In this document: piece by piece, positions 40,197-49,571 of the stretch | Numbering within the stretch: position 1 is the stretch's first letter | Layout of the letters: each line of letters starts with the position of its first letter | From: an uncultured Acidobacteriota bacterium | GTDB taxonomy: Bacteria > Acidobacteriota > Thermoanaerobaculia > Multivoradales > UBA5704 | Assembly (NCBI GenBank): GCA_963718645.1 | Contig: OY970373.1 | Location: forward strand, 2,855,900 to 2,919,899 | Direction: 5' to 3' | Length of the DNA: 64,000 bases | The notes under the pieces: generated by a model | The model's input: only the letters and a program-made list of their open reading frames with translations | Databases searched by the model: none | Told to the model about the DNA's origin: nothing | Position numbers and translations under genes: made by a program

Positions 40197-42716
40197 ATGG
40201 AGTACGAACCGCTTCCCGAGCGCCGCCCCCCCACCGTCTCCGAGCCGCCCCCCCGGCGACCCTGGCGCCTGCTGCGCTGGACCTGGCCGGTGGTCGCGGC
40301 GCTGCTGGTGGGCGCGGTCAGCGGCGTCGCCATCGCGGCGGCTATCCACATGCCGCAGGTGGACACCCTCGCGACCTATACGCCGCGGATGGTGACCCAG
40401 CTCTTCGACAAGAACGGCCACGTCTTCACCACCTTCGCCCGCGAGCGCCGCGTGATGCTGAAGGAGGGGGAGATGCCGCGGGTGATGGAGCAGGCGCTCG
40501 TCGCCTCCGAGGACTCCAACTTCTTCCAGCACGGCGGGATCGACGCCCTGGGCATCGCCCGCGCGGCGCTCACCGACGTCCGCGCCCACCGGGTGAAGGA
40601 GGGGGCGTCGACGATCACCATGCAGCTCTCCCGCACCCTCTTCCTCTCCCGCGAGCGCACCTGGCGCCGCAAGGTCGAAGAGGCGTTCGTCGCCGTCGAG
40701 TTGGAGAAGAACTACACCAAGCAGCAGATCCTTACGCTCTACCTGAACCTGGTCAACCTCGGCCATGGCAACTACGGCGTCGAGGCGGCCTCCCGCTACT
40801 ACTTCAACAAGCCGGCTTCCAAGCTGACTCTTCCGGAGGCGGCGATGCTGGTGGGGATCATCCCGGCGCCCAGCCACTACAGCCCCTACCGCACGCCCGA
40901 GCTAATGGAGCGCCAGCGCAACCGCGTGCTGCGCCGCATGCTCGAGGAGCGCTACATCCAGCAGCCGGAGTACGAGCGGGCGCTGGCGCAGCCGATCCTG
41001 GTCGAACCCCAGGAGCCCGAGGAGAGCTTTGCCCCCTATTTCGCCGAGGAGGTGCGCAAGGGCCTGGAGAAGGACTACGGCGCGATCAGCCTCTACGAGG
41101 GGGGCCTGCAGGTGCAGACCACCCTCGATCCACAGATCCAGAAGTCGGCCGAGAGCGCCATCCACGCCGGGCTGCTGAAGATCGACCACCGCCGCGGCTG
41201 GCGCGGCCCGATCGCCGAGATCAAGGAAGCGGACATCGACAACCAGCAGCTACCGACCTGGGGGCAGTTCAAGGTCGTGCCCGGCCGCTGGTATCAGGGG
41301 CTGGTGCTCGACTCGGGACCGAAGAGCGCCACGGTCAAGATCGCCAAGGAGACCTTCACCCTCGGTCCCGAGGGGATCGCCTGGACCGGAAAGCATCAGC
41401 CGGGCGACCTGGTCAAGCGCGGCGCTATCGCCTGGTTCCGCTTCGAGCTTCCGGAGACGAAGGTGGCACCGGGAAAGAAGGGGGCCGCCGCTCCGGCGAC
41501 TCCCCCGCCCACGCCCGCGGCCGGGCCGCTACGGCTGATGCTCGAGCAGCAGCCGAAGATGGAGGCCGCCGCGCTGGTGCTCGAGAACAGCACCGGCGCC
41601 ATCCGCGCCATGGTGGGCGGCTGGGACTTCGACCGCAACAAGTTCAACCGCGTCACCCAGGCGCGCCGGCAGGTGGGCTCGGCGTTCAAACCGTTCGTCT
41701 ACGGCGCCGCCCTCGAGGCCGGATGGACCCCGGCCGACACGCTCCTCGACGCACCGACCTCGTTCATCGGCGCCGACGGCAAGCTCAGCTACCGCCCCGA
41801 GAACTACTATCACAAACACTACGGCATCGTGACGCTGCGGCGGGCGCTGGAGCAGTCGATCAACGTCCCGGCGGTGAAGCTATTCGAGCTGGTGGGAGGC
41901 AAGCGGGTGGTCGACTTCGCCCATCGCGCCGGTGTGCAGGACCCGATCCCGACCTGGCCCAGCGTGGCGCTCGGCTCGACCGACCTGACGCCGATCGAGA
42001 TGGCCTCTGCCTATTCCACCATCGCCAATTCCGGGACCCACATCGAGCCGTTCCCGCTGGAGAAGGTCTCGACTCCCGACGGCCAGGTGCTGTTCCAGCA
42101 CTTCCCCGCCACCTACATCGCCACCACACCGCCGGTGGCCTACGTGCTCACCCACATGATGGAAGGGGTGATCGATCACGGCACGGCGTACGACATCCAC
42201 GACCTGCCGCTCGACATCGCGGGCAAGACCGGCACCACCGACGACTACTCCGATGCCTGGTTCATCGGCTTCACGCCGCACTACACGATCCTCACCTGGA
42301 TCGGCTACGACGTGAAGCGCTCGCTCGGCGCCGGCATGAGCGGCGCCGTGGCCGCCCTGCCGATGTGGCGGGCGATCGCCGAGGACGGCCTCGCCACCGG
42401 CTGGCTGGTCAAGGGGGACAGCTTCCAGGTGCCGCCGGGAGTGATCCAGCGCGACGTCGAGTACTACTCGGGGTTGCTCTCGGGGCAGGAGGGGCGGGTG
42501 ATCAAGGAGGCCTTCGTAGCGGGCACCGAGCCCAACCGGCAGTACAACTCGCAGTGGTCGACGATCAGCAGCCTCCCCTGGTACCAGCAGAAGGCCTTCT
42601 ACATTCCGAAGCAGGGCGAGAACATGCCGAACAAGACCAACGGCGCGCAGACCCAGCCCGAGCCGCCGTCGACCCCCGGACCGCAGGAGGCGCCGGCCGA
42701 GCCGCCGCCGCCGTAA
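40197..42716 (+). CDS. mrcA: class A penicillin-binding protein 1A (transglycosylase + transpeptidase)
   Basis: The N-terminal TM and GT51 motifs (EDSNFFQHGGID, RKVEEA) are followed by a transpeptidase domain; 839 aa. Confidence 0.85.
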   Translation: MEYEPLPERRPPTVSEPPPRRPWRLLRWTWPVVAALLVGAVSGVAIAAAIHMPQVDTLATYTPRMVTQLFDKNGHVFTTFARERRVMLKEGEMPRVMEQALVASEDSNFFQHGGIDALGIARAALTDVRAHRVKEGASTITMQLSRTLFLSRERTWRRKVEEAFVAVELEKNYTKQQILTLYLNLVNLGHGNYGVEAASRYYFNKPASKLTLPEAAMLVGIIPAPSHYSPYRTPELMERQRNRVLRRMLEERYIQQPEYERALAQPILVEPQEPEESFAPYFAEEVRKGLEKDYGAISLYEGGLQVQTTLDPQIQKSAESAIHAGLLKIDHRRGWRGPIAEIKEADIDNQQLPTWGQFKVVPGRWYQGLVLDSGPKSATVKIAKETFTLGPEGIAWTGKHQPGDLVKRGAIAWFRFELPETKVAPGKKGAAAPATPPPTPAAGPLRLMLEQQPKMEAAALVLENSTGAIRAMVGGWDFDRNKFNRVTQARRQVGSAFKPFVYGAALEAGWTPADTLLDAPTSFIGADGKLSYRPENYYHKHYGIVTLRRALEQSINVPAVKLFELVGGKRVVDFAHRAGVQDPIPTWPSVALGSTDLTPIEMASAYSTIANSGTHIEPFPLEKVSTPDGQVLFQHFPATYIATTPPVAYVLTHMMEGVIDHGTAYDIHDLPLDIAGKTGTTDDYSDAWFIGFTPHYTILTWIGYDVKRSLGAGMSGAVAALPMWRAIAEDGLATGWLVKGDSFQVPPGVIQRDVEYYSGLLSGQEGRVIKEAFVAGTEPNRQYNSQWSTISSLPWYQQKAFYIPKQGENMPNKTNGAQTQPEPPSTPGPQEAPAEPPPP

Positions 42717-42895
42717 AGGCCCTCATCACCCCGGCCCTCTTCTCCCAGCCCTCCACCCACCCTGCCAGGGAGAAGAGGGAGAAAGGCAAAAGCAAAAGTG
42801 CCCTTTTTGAGGGTGGGGGTGCCCCTCTCCCAGGCCAGGGCGGGCGGAGGGCTGGGAGAGGGGTCAGGGGTGAGGGCTTTTGCCCTTCCGCCCCA
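42717..42895. repeat. GGGAGAAGAGGG-type REP-like element, copy 3 (plus a CCCCTCTCCC/GGGAGAGGGG hairpin)
   Basis: ggccctcatcaccccggccctcttctcccagccctccacccaccctgccagggagaagagggagaaag ... cccctctcccaggcc...gggagagggg lies between convergent genes. Confidence 0.6.
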
Positions 42896-44093
42896 CCATC
42901 CCGAAGTCCTGAAAGCCGAACAGCATCTCGTCCAGCCGGTCGCGCAGCCGATTCACCTGATCGGCCAGAACGCGCTGGTCGGCGGAGAGCGTCGCGAGGT
43001 CGATCTCTGGAAGCGCCTGCTCCGCGGGAAAGGGGCGGAGGTCGAGGCGCTCGATGGGGTCGAAGCCGGCGAGCTCGTACATCAGCTTCAGGCTGTCGGG
43101 GTGGACCGGCCGCACGTGCGTCGGGTCGAGCCAGAAGTTACGCGCGGCGACCACCACGGAGAGCGGGTTCGGGGTCTCCAGGATCAGCACGCCGCCGGGG
43201 CGCAGGGCCCTGTACGCCAGTCGCACCAGGCGGTCGAGGGCGGCCGCCGGGAGGTGCTCGATGACGTGGAAGGAGACGACGCCGCCGAGACTGGCTTCCG
43301 GCACTCCGGCGAGCGCCGCGAAGAGATCTCCCGCCGCGGCCTCCAGCCCGCGCTCGCGGCAGAGTTGGACCATCCGCTCGCTCGCATCCACGCCGCGGCC
43401 GGCGATACCGTGATCGCGCAGCAGGGCGAGCGCCTCGCCGCGGCCGCAGCCGAGGTCGAGCACCGGTCCGGGAAGGCCCTGAAAGTACGGCAGATAGGCG
43501 GCGATCCGCTCGCGGATCTCCTCCTCCGTGCCGCGGTAGCGCCGCTCCAGCTCGACGTAACCGATCTCCTCGTGGGCACGGGCGATCGCCTCGATCGCTT
43601 CGGCGGGAGGGGCCTCCGGCGGCGCCGAGCGGACGGCGGCGAGCGCGGCGCCGAGCCCGCCGAGCAGGTCACGCACCTCGCGCCGGTAGCGATCCAGCTT
43701 CTGGTCGGCGCGGGCGAAGAGGGCGTCGTTGTGGCGCATCACCTCGTGGATCCCCTCGGAGTCGAGGGCCTCCTGGTATTCGATGCGCCGCAGGTGGTCG
43801 GCGCGCGCCGCTTCCAGGCGTGCCAGATGCTCGATCAGGATGAGGTTGAAGGTGCGCTGCCGCTCCCAGAGGTCGTTCTGGGGGGTCTTGACCAGCGGAC
43901 GCAGGAGGCGCTTGAAGCCGACCAGGAGCCGGCCGAGGACGCCGCGATGGCTCCGGATGGGGAACGGGTGGTCCCCCGCCCAGAGCCATCGCCAGTCGTC
44001 GAGGTCGCGGGTGGGCTCGACGAGGAAGTCGCCGAGCGCCGGGGAGCGCTCGGGAGCGGGACGCCCGGCGGAGTCTTGTGGCTTCGCCTCCAT
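42864..44093 (-). CDS. class I SAM-dependent methyltransferase with a long N-terminal helical region
   Basis: VLDLGCGRGE motif I; 409 aa. Confidence 0.7.
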   Translation of the reverse strand: MEAKPQDSAGRPAPERSPALGDFLVEPTRDLDDWRWLWAGDHPFPIRSHRGVLGRLLVGFKRLLRPLVKTPQNDLWERQRTFNLILIEHLARLEAARADHLRRIEYQEALDSEGIHEVMRHNDALFARADQKLDRYRREVRDLLGGLGAALAAVRSAPPEAPPAEAIEAIARAHEEIGYVELERRYRGTEEEIRERIAAYLPYFQGLPGPVLDLGCGRGEALALLRDHGIAGRGVDASERMVQLCRERGLEAAAGDLFAALAGVPEASLGGVVSFHVIEHLPAAALDRLVRLAYRALRPGGVLILETPNPLSVVVAARNFWLDPTHVRPVHPDSLKLMYELAGFDPIERLDLRPFPAEQALPEIDLATLSADQRVLADQVNRLRDRLDEMLFGFQDFGMVGRKGKSPHP

Positions 44094-44129
44094 GCGCCGG
44101 CGCTCCCGAGCCCAGGAGAAAAAGGCCGC

Positions 44130-44576
44130 TTACTCTTCCTTGACCACCGAGACGGTCACTTCCGCGACCACCTCGGGATGGATCTCGATGCGCACCTGGT
44201 GATCGCCGAGGGTCTTGATGCCCCCCTCGAGATCGATGCGCCGGCGGTCGATGGAGAAACCCTTCTTCTCGAGGATCTCCGCGATGTCGCCCGCGGTGAC
44301 CGAGCCGTAGAGCGTGTCGGTCTCGCCGACCCGCTTGGGGATCTCGATCTTCAGCCCCGCCATGCGGTTGGCGACCTCCTGGGCGCCCTCCCGCTCCTTG
44401 GCGTGCTTGGCGTCGATCTTGGAACGCTGGTGCTCGAAATACTTGATGTTGGCGCCGGTGGCCTCGAGCGCCAGCCCCTGCGGCACGAGGAAGTTCCGGC
44501 CGTGCCCCGGCTTGACGTCCACCACCTCGCCACGGCGGCCGAGGTGGCGCTGATCACTGAGCAGTATGACTCTCAA
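44130..44576 (-). CDS. rplI: 50S ribosomal protein L9
   Basis: MRVILLSDQRHLGRRGEVVDVKPGHGRNFLVPQG. Confidence 0.9.
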   Translation of the reverse strand: MRVILLSDQRHLGRRGEVVDVKPGHGRNFLVPQGLALEATGANIKYFEHQRSKIDAKHAKEREGAQEVANRMAGLKIEIPKRVGETDTLYGSVTAGDIAEILEKKGFSIDRRRIDLEGGIKTLGDHQVRIEIHPEVVAEVTVSVVKEE

Positions 44577-44585
44577 CGTTCCCTC

Positions 44586-44819
44586 CTAGTCCGTGGTGAA
44601 CGGGATGAGCGCCAGGTGGCGTGCCCGCTTGATCGCCTGCTGCAAGGGGCGTTGATGGTTGGCGCAGGTCCCCGAGATCCGCCGCGGCAGGATCTTCGAG
44701 CGCTCCGGGATGAACTGCTGGAGGAGCTTGACGTCCTTGTAATCGATGTAGTCGATCTTGTCGGCGCAGAACTTACAGACCTTGCGCCGGCGGAAGAAGA
44801 CTTTTCTTGCGCGTGCCAT
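44586..44819 (-). CDS. rpsR: 30S ribosomal protein S18
   Basis: [23 protein letters not shown]...[21 protein letters not shown]. Confidence 0.9.
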   Translation of the reverse strand: MARARKVFFRRRKVCKFCADKIDYIDYKDVKLLQQFIPERSKILPRRISGTCANHQRPLQQAIKRARHLALIPFTTD

Positions 44820-44822
44820 GGT

Positions 44823-45227
44823 CTAGACCTCCTCCTGGGATTCCGGCTCGCGGCCGCCACCCACCGGGGTTTCCCGCTCGCCACCGGACGCGGCGGCACC
44901 CTTCGCGGGCTGCCGGCGGGCGGCCCGCTTGAGGGCCTCGTCGGTGCGCACCGTCAGGTAGCGGAGGATCTTGTCGTTCTGACGCATCCGGTGCTCCACC
45001 TCGGGCAGGGCGGTTTTGCCGACCTCGCTCTCGACGAAGAACAGGAAGTACTTGCCCTCGTTGACTTTGTCGATCGGGTAGGCGAGCTTGCGCCGCCCCC
45101 AGTTCTCTTCGCCGGTGATCGTCGATCCACCGGCCGTGATCATGTTCCGGTAATCCTGCGCCATGGTGACCACTTCCTCGTCGGAGACGCGAGGGTCGAC
45201 CACGAACATCAGCTCGTACGTACGCAT
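44823..45227 (-). CDS. rpsF: 30S ribosomal protein S6
   Basis: MRTYELMFVVDPRV...ENWGRRKLAYPIDK. Confidence 0.9.
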   Translation of the reverse strand: MRTYELMFVVDPRVSDEEVVTMAQDYRNMITAGGSTITGEENWGRRKLAYPIDKVNEGKYFLFFVESEVGKTALPEVEHRMRQNDKILRYLTVRTDEALKRAARRQPAKGAAASGGERETPVGGGREPESQEEV

Positions 45228-45377
45228 GGGTAGTGTGCTTCCTCCCTATGGCCTGGGGTCGGTCCCGCCGAAAGGGGCGGAACAGAGAGGTGAACGAATC
45301 GGCGGCGCCTGCGGCCCGCCCGGTGACAAGGGGAGCGATTTTACACGGCTTGGCGGAAAAGGCAAGCGGAGGGGGTA

Positions 45378-45470
45378 GAACACGGACGCTCAGGGACTGA
45401 CACGGACGAGCACGGACCGGCTCTGCTCGATGTCCGTGTTCGTCCGTGTTCGTCCGTGTTCGTCGGTCCT
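45378..45470. repeat. CACGGAC-type REP-like palindromic element, copy b
   Basis: gaacacggacgc...gacacggacgagcacggacc ... gtccgtgttcgtccgtgttcgtccgtgttcgtcgg lies between the pth stop and the rpsF start. Confidence 0.6.
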
Positions 45471-45472
45471 GC

Positions 45473-46090
45473 CTAACCGTTGAACCCGCGCATGGCCATC
45501 TCCACGCCGTCCCGCGCCCAGACCTCGCAAGCGTCCGCGGCGCGGAGGATCATCGCCTCGACGGCCTCGCGCTGGTCCGCGGCGAAGGCGCCGAGGACGA
45601 AATCGGCGAGGTGCTCGCCCTCGACCTTCTCCTCGCCGGCGATGCCGAGGCGCAGCCGAGGCACCTCGGCGGAGCGCAGGTTCTCGATGATCGATTCGAG
45701 GCCGCGGTGGCCGGCGGGGCTCCCCGCCCGGCGCACGCGGAGCTTCCCCAGCGGCAGGTTGATCTCGTCGTAGACCACCAGCAGCGACTCCGGCACGAGC
45801 TCGTAGCGCTCGGCGAAGCAGCGCGCCGCGTAGCCGCTCCGGTTCATGTAGGTCTGGGGCTTGGCCAGCAGGACGTCGGCCGGGCCGGCGGCAGGGCCCT
45901 CGCCCTCGCCGGCCGCCGGATCCGCCCCGACCGCGGCGATCGCGGCGCGGCCGGTGAGGGCGTTGCACTCCAGCCGATCGACGGGGACCCGCCAGCGCCG
46001 GGCGAGCTCCTCGACCACCCGGAAGCCCACGTTGTGGCGGGTGTCGCGGTACTCCTCGCCCGGGTTGCCCAACCCGAGGATGAGGCGCAT
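45473..46090 (-). CDS. pth: peptidyl-tRNA hydrolase
   Basis: MRLILGLGNPGEEYRDTRHNVGF. Confidence 0.9.
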   Translation of the reverse strand: MRLILGLGNPGEEYRDTRHNVGFRVVEELARRWRVPVDRLECNALTGRAAIAAVGADPAAGEGEGPAAGPADVLLAKPQTYMNRSGYAARCFAERYELVPESLLVVYDEINLPLGKLRVRRAGSPAGHRGLESIIENLRSAEVPRLRLGIAGEEKVEGEHLADFVLGAFAADQREAVEAMILRAADACEVWARDGVEMAMRGFNG

Positions 46091-46105
46091 GCGGGGGGGG
46101 CTGCC

Positions 46106-46732
46106 CTACTCGCCCTTGGCCTTCTTGATGACCTCGGGCTCAGGCGTGGCGCCGGCCGCCGCGGCGTCCTCGGTCCGGCCGTGGCCGAGCGAGGCGAGCA
46201 CCTTCTCGGGCTCGTCGAGCAGCACCACGCCCTCGGGGAGCTTGACGTCCTTGGCCTCGACGTGCTGGCCGACGTGCAGCTCGGTGACGTCGACCTCGAG
46301 GTGCTTCGGGATCTGGCCCGGCAGGCACTCGATGTGGACCTCGCGGGTGACGAAGTCGAGCATCCCCCCCTCGACCTTGACGCCGACGGCGACGCCGGTC
46401 AGCTCGACCGGCACGGCAACGCGGATCTTCTGATCCATCAGCACGCGCTGGAAGTCGATGTGGATCACGTGGCGGGTGAGCGGGTCGACGTCCGTGTGGC
46501 GGATCATGGCGTGCCGCTCCTTGTCGCCAAGCTTGAGGAGGAAGATCGGGTTCTCCCCGGAGTGCCCCTTCATCAGGTCGACGAGCGTCTTGCGGTCGAC
46601 CTCGATGGCCACGCTCTCCTTGCCGCCGCCGTAGACCACGGCGGGGATCTTGCCGGCTACGCGGGCCCGCCGGTTGGCGTTCTTCCCGGTCTCGTTCCGG
46701 GGGTGGACTTCGATCGTCATCGTGTCACTCAT
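46106..46732 (-). CDS. rplY: 50S ribosomal protein L25 / general stress protein Ctc
   Basis: L25/Ctc N-terminal pattern (RARVAGKIPAVVYGGGKESVAIEVD) with a C-terminal extension. Confidence 0.85.
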   Translation of the reverse strand: MSDTMTIEVHPRNETGKNANRRARVAGKIPAVVYGGGKESVAIEVDRKTLVDLMKGHSGENPIFLLKLGDKERHAMIRHTDVDPLTRHVIHIDFQRVLMDQKIRVAVPVELTGVAVGVKVEGGMLDFVTREVHIECLPGQIPKHLEVDVTELHVGQHVEAKDVKLPEGVVLLDEPEKVLASLGHGRTEDAAAAGATPEPEVIKKAKGE

Positions 46733-46764
46733 AACTTGTCCTCGCTTCTATTTTTTGGAGCAGA

Positions 46765-47709
46765 TTATACGAACAGGGAGCTCACCGAGCTGTTCTCGTG
46801 GATGCGGCGGATCGCCTCGCCGAGCAGCGGCGCCACCGACAGCGGGCGCAGCTTGGCGGGCAGGCGGCGAAGCTTGTCCTCCACCGGCGTCGTGTTGGTG
46901 ATCAGCACCATCTCCAGGGGCGAGGCTGCGATACGCTGCAGGGCGGGTCCGGAGAGGACGCCGTGGACGCCCGCCGCGAGCACCCGGTTGGCCCCCTTCT
47001 CCTTGAGGGCGTCGACCGACTTGGTCAGCGTGCCCGCGGTATCGATGATGTCGTCGACGACCAGCGCGTTGCACCCCTCGACGTCGCCGATCAGGTGCAT
47101 GACCTCGGCCGTGTTGGGGGCGGTGCGGCGCTTGTCGATGATCGCGAGGCCGGCGCCGAGGCGCTTGGCGATCGCCCGCGCCCGCTCGACGCCGCCGGCG
47201 TCCGGCGAGACGACGACGAGGTCCGGGATGTTCAGGTCGCGCACCGCCTCGAGCAGCACCGGCGCGGCGAACAGGTGGTCGACCGGGATGTCGAAGAAGC
47301 CCTGGATCTGGTCGGCGTGGAGGTCCATGGTCAGTACCCGGTCGGCGCCGGCGCGGGAGATCAGGTCGGCGACCAGCTTGGCGGTGATCGGCACCCGCGG
47401 CTTGTCCTTCTTGTCCTGCCGCGCGTAGCCGTAGTAGGGAATGACCGCCGTCACCCGCGAGGCCGAGGAGCGCTTGAAGCTGTCCAGCATGATCAGCAGC
47501 TCGACCAGGTTCTCGTTGACCGGGGTGCAGGTGGGCTGGACCAGGAAGACGTCCGAGCCGCGGACGTTCTCCTCGATCTGGCAGAAGGTCTCGCCGTCGG
47601 AGAAGTTGAACGCCGACACCTTGCCGGCCTCGAGGTTGAGGTATTCACAGATCTCAGTCACCAGCGCCGGGTGCGCCCGTCCTCCGAAGATTTTCAGCTC
47701 GCCAGCCAT
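46765..47709 (-). CDS. prs: ribose-phosphate pyrophosphokinase
   Basis: MAGELKIFGG...YYGYARQDKK...PDAGGVERAR. Start set at the internal ATG 47709; the ORF-track extension to 47922 overlaps the tRNA-Gln. Confidence 0.85.
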   Translation of the reverse strand: MAGELKIFGGRAHPALVTEICEYLNLEAGKVSAFNFSDGETFCQIEENVRGSDVFLVQPTCTPVNENLVELLIMLDSFKRSSASRVTAVIPYYGYARQDKKDKPRVPITAKLVADLISRAGADRVLTMDLHADQIQGFFDIPVDHLFAAPVLLEAVRDLNIPDLVVVSPDAGGVERARAIAKRLGAGLAIIDKRRTAPNTAEVMHLIGDVEGCNALVVDDIIDTAGTLTKSVDALKEKGANRVLAAGVHGVLSGPALQRIAASPLEMVLITNTTPVEDKLRRLPAKLRPLSVAPLLGEAIRRIHENSSVSSLFV

Positions 47710-47833
47710 GGCTCCCCTCTGAACGACAAAAACGACGGTCGAAATCAGCGACACGTCGAGGCCCGCCGCGGAGCGGGGCTCACGCGATCGAAGCGTTGGG
47801 ACCTTTACACCATACCCCGCGGTTGAGTCCGGA

Positions 47834-47908
47834 CTGGTTGGGGCGGGAGGATTCGAACCTCCGGTAGCCAGATTCAAAGTCTGGTGCCTTACCGCTTGGC
47901 GACGCCCC
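47834..47908 (-). tRNA. tRNA-Gln (anticodon UUG)
   Basis: Reverse complement: TGGGGCGTCGCCAAGCGGTAAGGCACCAGACTTTGAATCTGGCTACCGGAGGTTCGAATCCTCCCGCCCCAACCA. Cloverleaf with GGTTCGAATCC T-arm and anticodon loop CUUUGAA; close to E. coli tRNA-Gln. Confidence 0.85.
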
Positions 47909-47953
47909 AGCGTGGGGTTCACCCTTTCGGGCGACCGGCACGGGACCGCAAGC

Positions 47954-48382
47954 TTACACGGTCCAGAAGGAGTCGCGGAGGTGCATCTCCTCGACCTCTT
48001 CCAACGACTTCTCCGGCGCGGCGGCGATGGCGTGCGGCTGCTCGTCCGCGGGCTCCTGCGCCGGCACCGGCACCGGCGAGGGCGTGCGGAGCGCCCGCTC
48101 CCCCCGGTCCGCCGGCGCCTCGCCGCGCTCCCCGAGGGCGTGGTCGTACTCGGCCAGCACCTTCTCCTCGATGATCCGCCGCGTCTCGTTGTTCAGCGGG
48201 TGGGCGACGTCCTTGAACTCGCCGTTCTTCTTCTTCCGGCTCGGCATGCTGATGAACAGCCCGTCCCGCCCCTGGATGATCTTGATGTCATTGACCATGA
48301 AACACTGGTCGAAAACGATCGAGACGAACGCCTTCAGCTTCTCTTCCTGAATCGGAAAGACCTTGACCTCTGTGATTTCCAT
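47954..48382 (-). CDS. spoVG: SpoVG-family protein
   Basis: MEITEVKVFPIQEEKLKAFVSIVFDQCFMVNDIKIIQGRDGLFISMPSRKKKNGEFKDVAHPLNNETR. Confidence 0.85.
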   Translation of the reverse strand: MEITEVKVFPIQEEKLKAFVSIVFDQCFMVNDIKIIQGRDGLFISMPSRKKKNGEFKDVAHPLNNETRRIIEEKVLAEYDHALGERGEAPADRGERALRTPSPVPVPAQEPADEQPHAIAAAPEKSLEEVEEMHLRDSFWTV

Positions 48383-48677
48383 TGTCCGCGTCCTCTCCGG
48401 GTCAATCCCTGGTCGCCGACCTTGCGCTACCGGAGCATGGGCTCCGGACAGCTACCTTTCCGGCGACGTTCCCCTGCGGCGCTCGCGGACCACATCCGCG
48501 CTGCCGCAAGGAGAGCCGCTCTATATACGCGTCGGCATCAATCCACGCATTATATACTGGCGGGAACCTCCGGAGAGCACTCACCTTGGCAGTTGCCCAC
48601 GCGGGAAGGACCTTCCCCCGCGCGGGCACTCATGGTAAGGGCGCCGGACGGGGCGTGTCAAATTCGCGGTCCGGGGG

Positions 48678-49571
48678 CTACTCGGGCGGCGTCTCGGCCG
48701 GGCCGTCGGAGAGGTCGGGATCGCCGCAGGCGGTCTCGTGGTAGCCCGCGGGGACGGAGAGCGCCGGCGGCTCCCGGTTGAGGTCCTCGCGCAGCACCTC
48801 GCGCCAGCGCACCTGCACGCCGCGGTCGCGGTCGGAGAGGATCGAGCCATCGTCTCGGCGCATCCACCAGACCTTGGGGGTGCTCCCGTCGGCCAGCGTC
48901 CAGCTCGTCACCAGCCCCTGCTCGCCGAGCGTGCCGTACCAGTGGCGGCCGGTTTCGTCCTTGAAGTCGAAGGTACGGCCGCGCGGCTGCGCCGTGGCCG
49001 AGCCGGGCGCCGGCTCGGTCGGCACGCGGTCGAGCAGGAGCGAGGGTAGCGACAGCAGCGGGAAGGGGCCCAGCAGGGCGCCGGTGATGTCGAAGCGGCC
49101 GTCGAACTTGCAGAAGGTGCGGTTGCGGTGGTTGAGAGAGAGGCCCGAGTCGTTGACCACGTCCAGGCTCCAGAGGGCTCGGCCGAGCGGGTCGACCGCC
49201 TGCACCTGGTAGCGGATCGGTGACACCAGCCGCAGGGTGACGCGGAACGACCCCTCCCCTTCCGGCCCCGAGTAGCTGACGCGGTAGAGCCGTTGCGAGC
49301 CGTAGGCGGCCTGCGGGATCTCCCAGGGGGCCAGGGAGCTGGCGGGCTGCAGACGGGGGGGTGGCGCGCTGGCACAGCCGGCGACGAGCAGCGCGAGCCC
49401 GAGCAGCGCGGCCCTGGTAACGGTGATGGCGGCGGCCCTAAGAGTGGGGGCTCGCCGTGCCGAGGTCGCCCAGCTTGCGCCGGACCTTGTCGGCGTTGTC
49501 TCCTCCGAGCTCGAGCGACCGCTGATAGGCCTGCCGCGCCCTCTCCTTCTGCCCCAACGCAACATAGACAT
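48678..49571 (-). CDS. putative outer-membrane lipoprotein (LolB/LolA-like?), start uncertain
   Basis: The hydrophobic signal ends in an LVAGC lipobox about 55 codons into the ORF. No canonical start lies between the upstream TPR-gene stop (49438) and the signal, so either the ORF overlaps the upstream gene by 134 nt or it uses a non-canonical start. Confidence 0.45.
   Translation of the reverse strand: MSMLRWGRRRGRGRPISGRSSSEETTPTRSGASWATSARRAPTLRAAAITVTRAALLGLALLVAGCASAPPPRLQPASSLAPWEIPQAAYGSQRLYRVSYSGPEGEGSFRVTLRLVSPIRYQVQAVDPLGRALWSLDVVNDSGLSLNHRNRTFCKFDGRFDITGALLGPFPLLSLPSLLLDRVPTEPAPGSATAQPRGRTFDFKDETGRHWYGTLGEQGLVTSWTLADGSTPKVWWMRRDDGSILSDRDRGVQVRWREVLREDLNREPPALSVPAGYHETACGDPDLSDGPAETPPE

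Noticed and set aside
47710-47922. N-terminal extension of the prs ORF
   Set aside because: It overlaps the tRNA-Gln gene on the same strand. The conserved Prs N-terminus starts at the internal Met (MAGELKIFGG).
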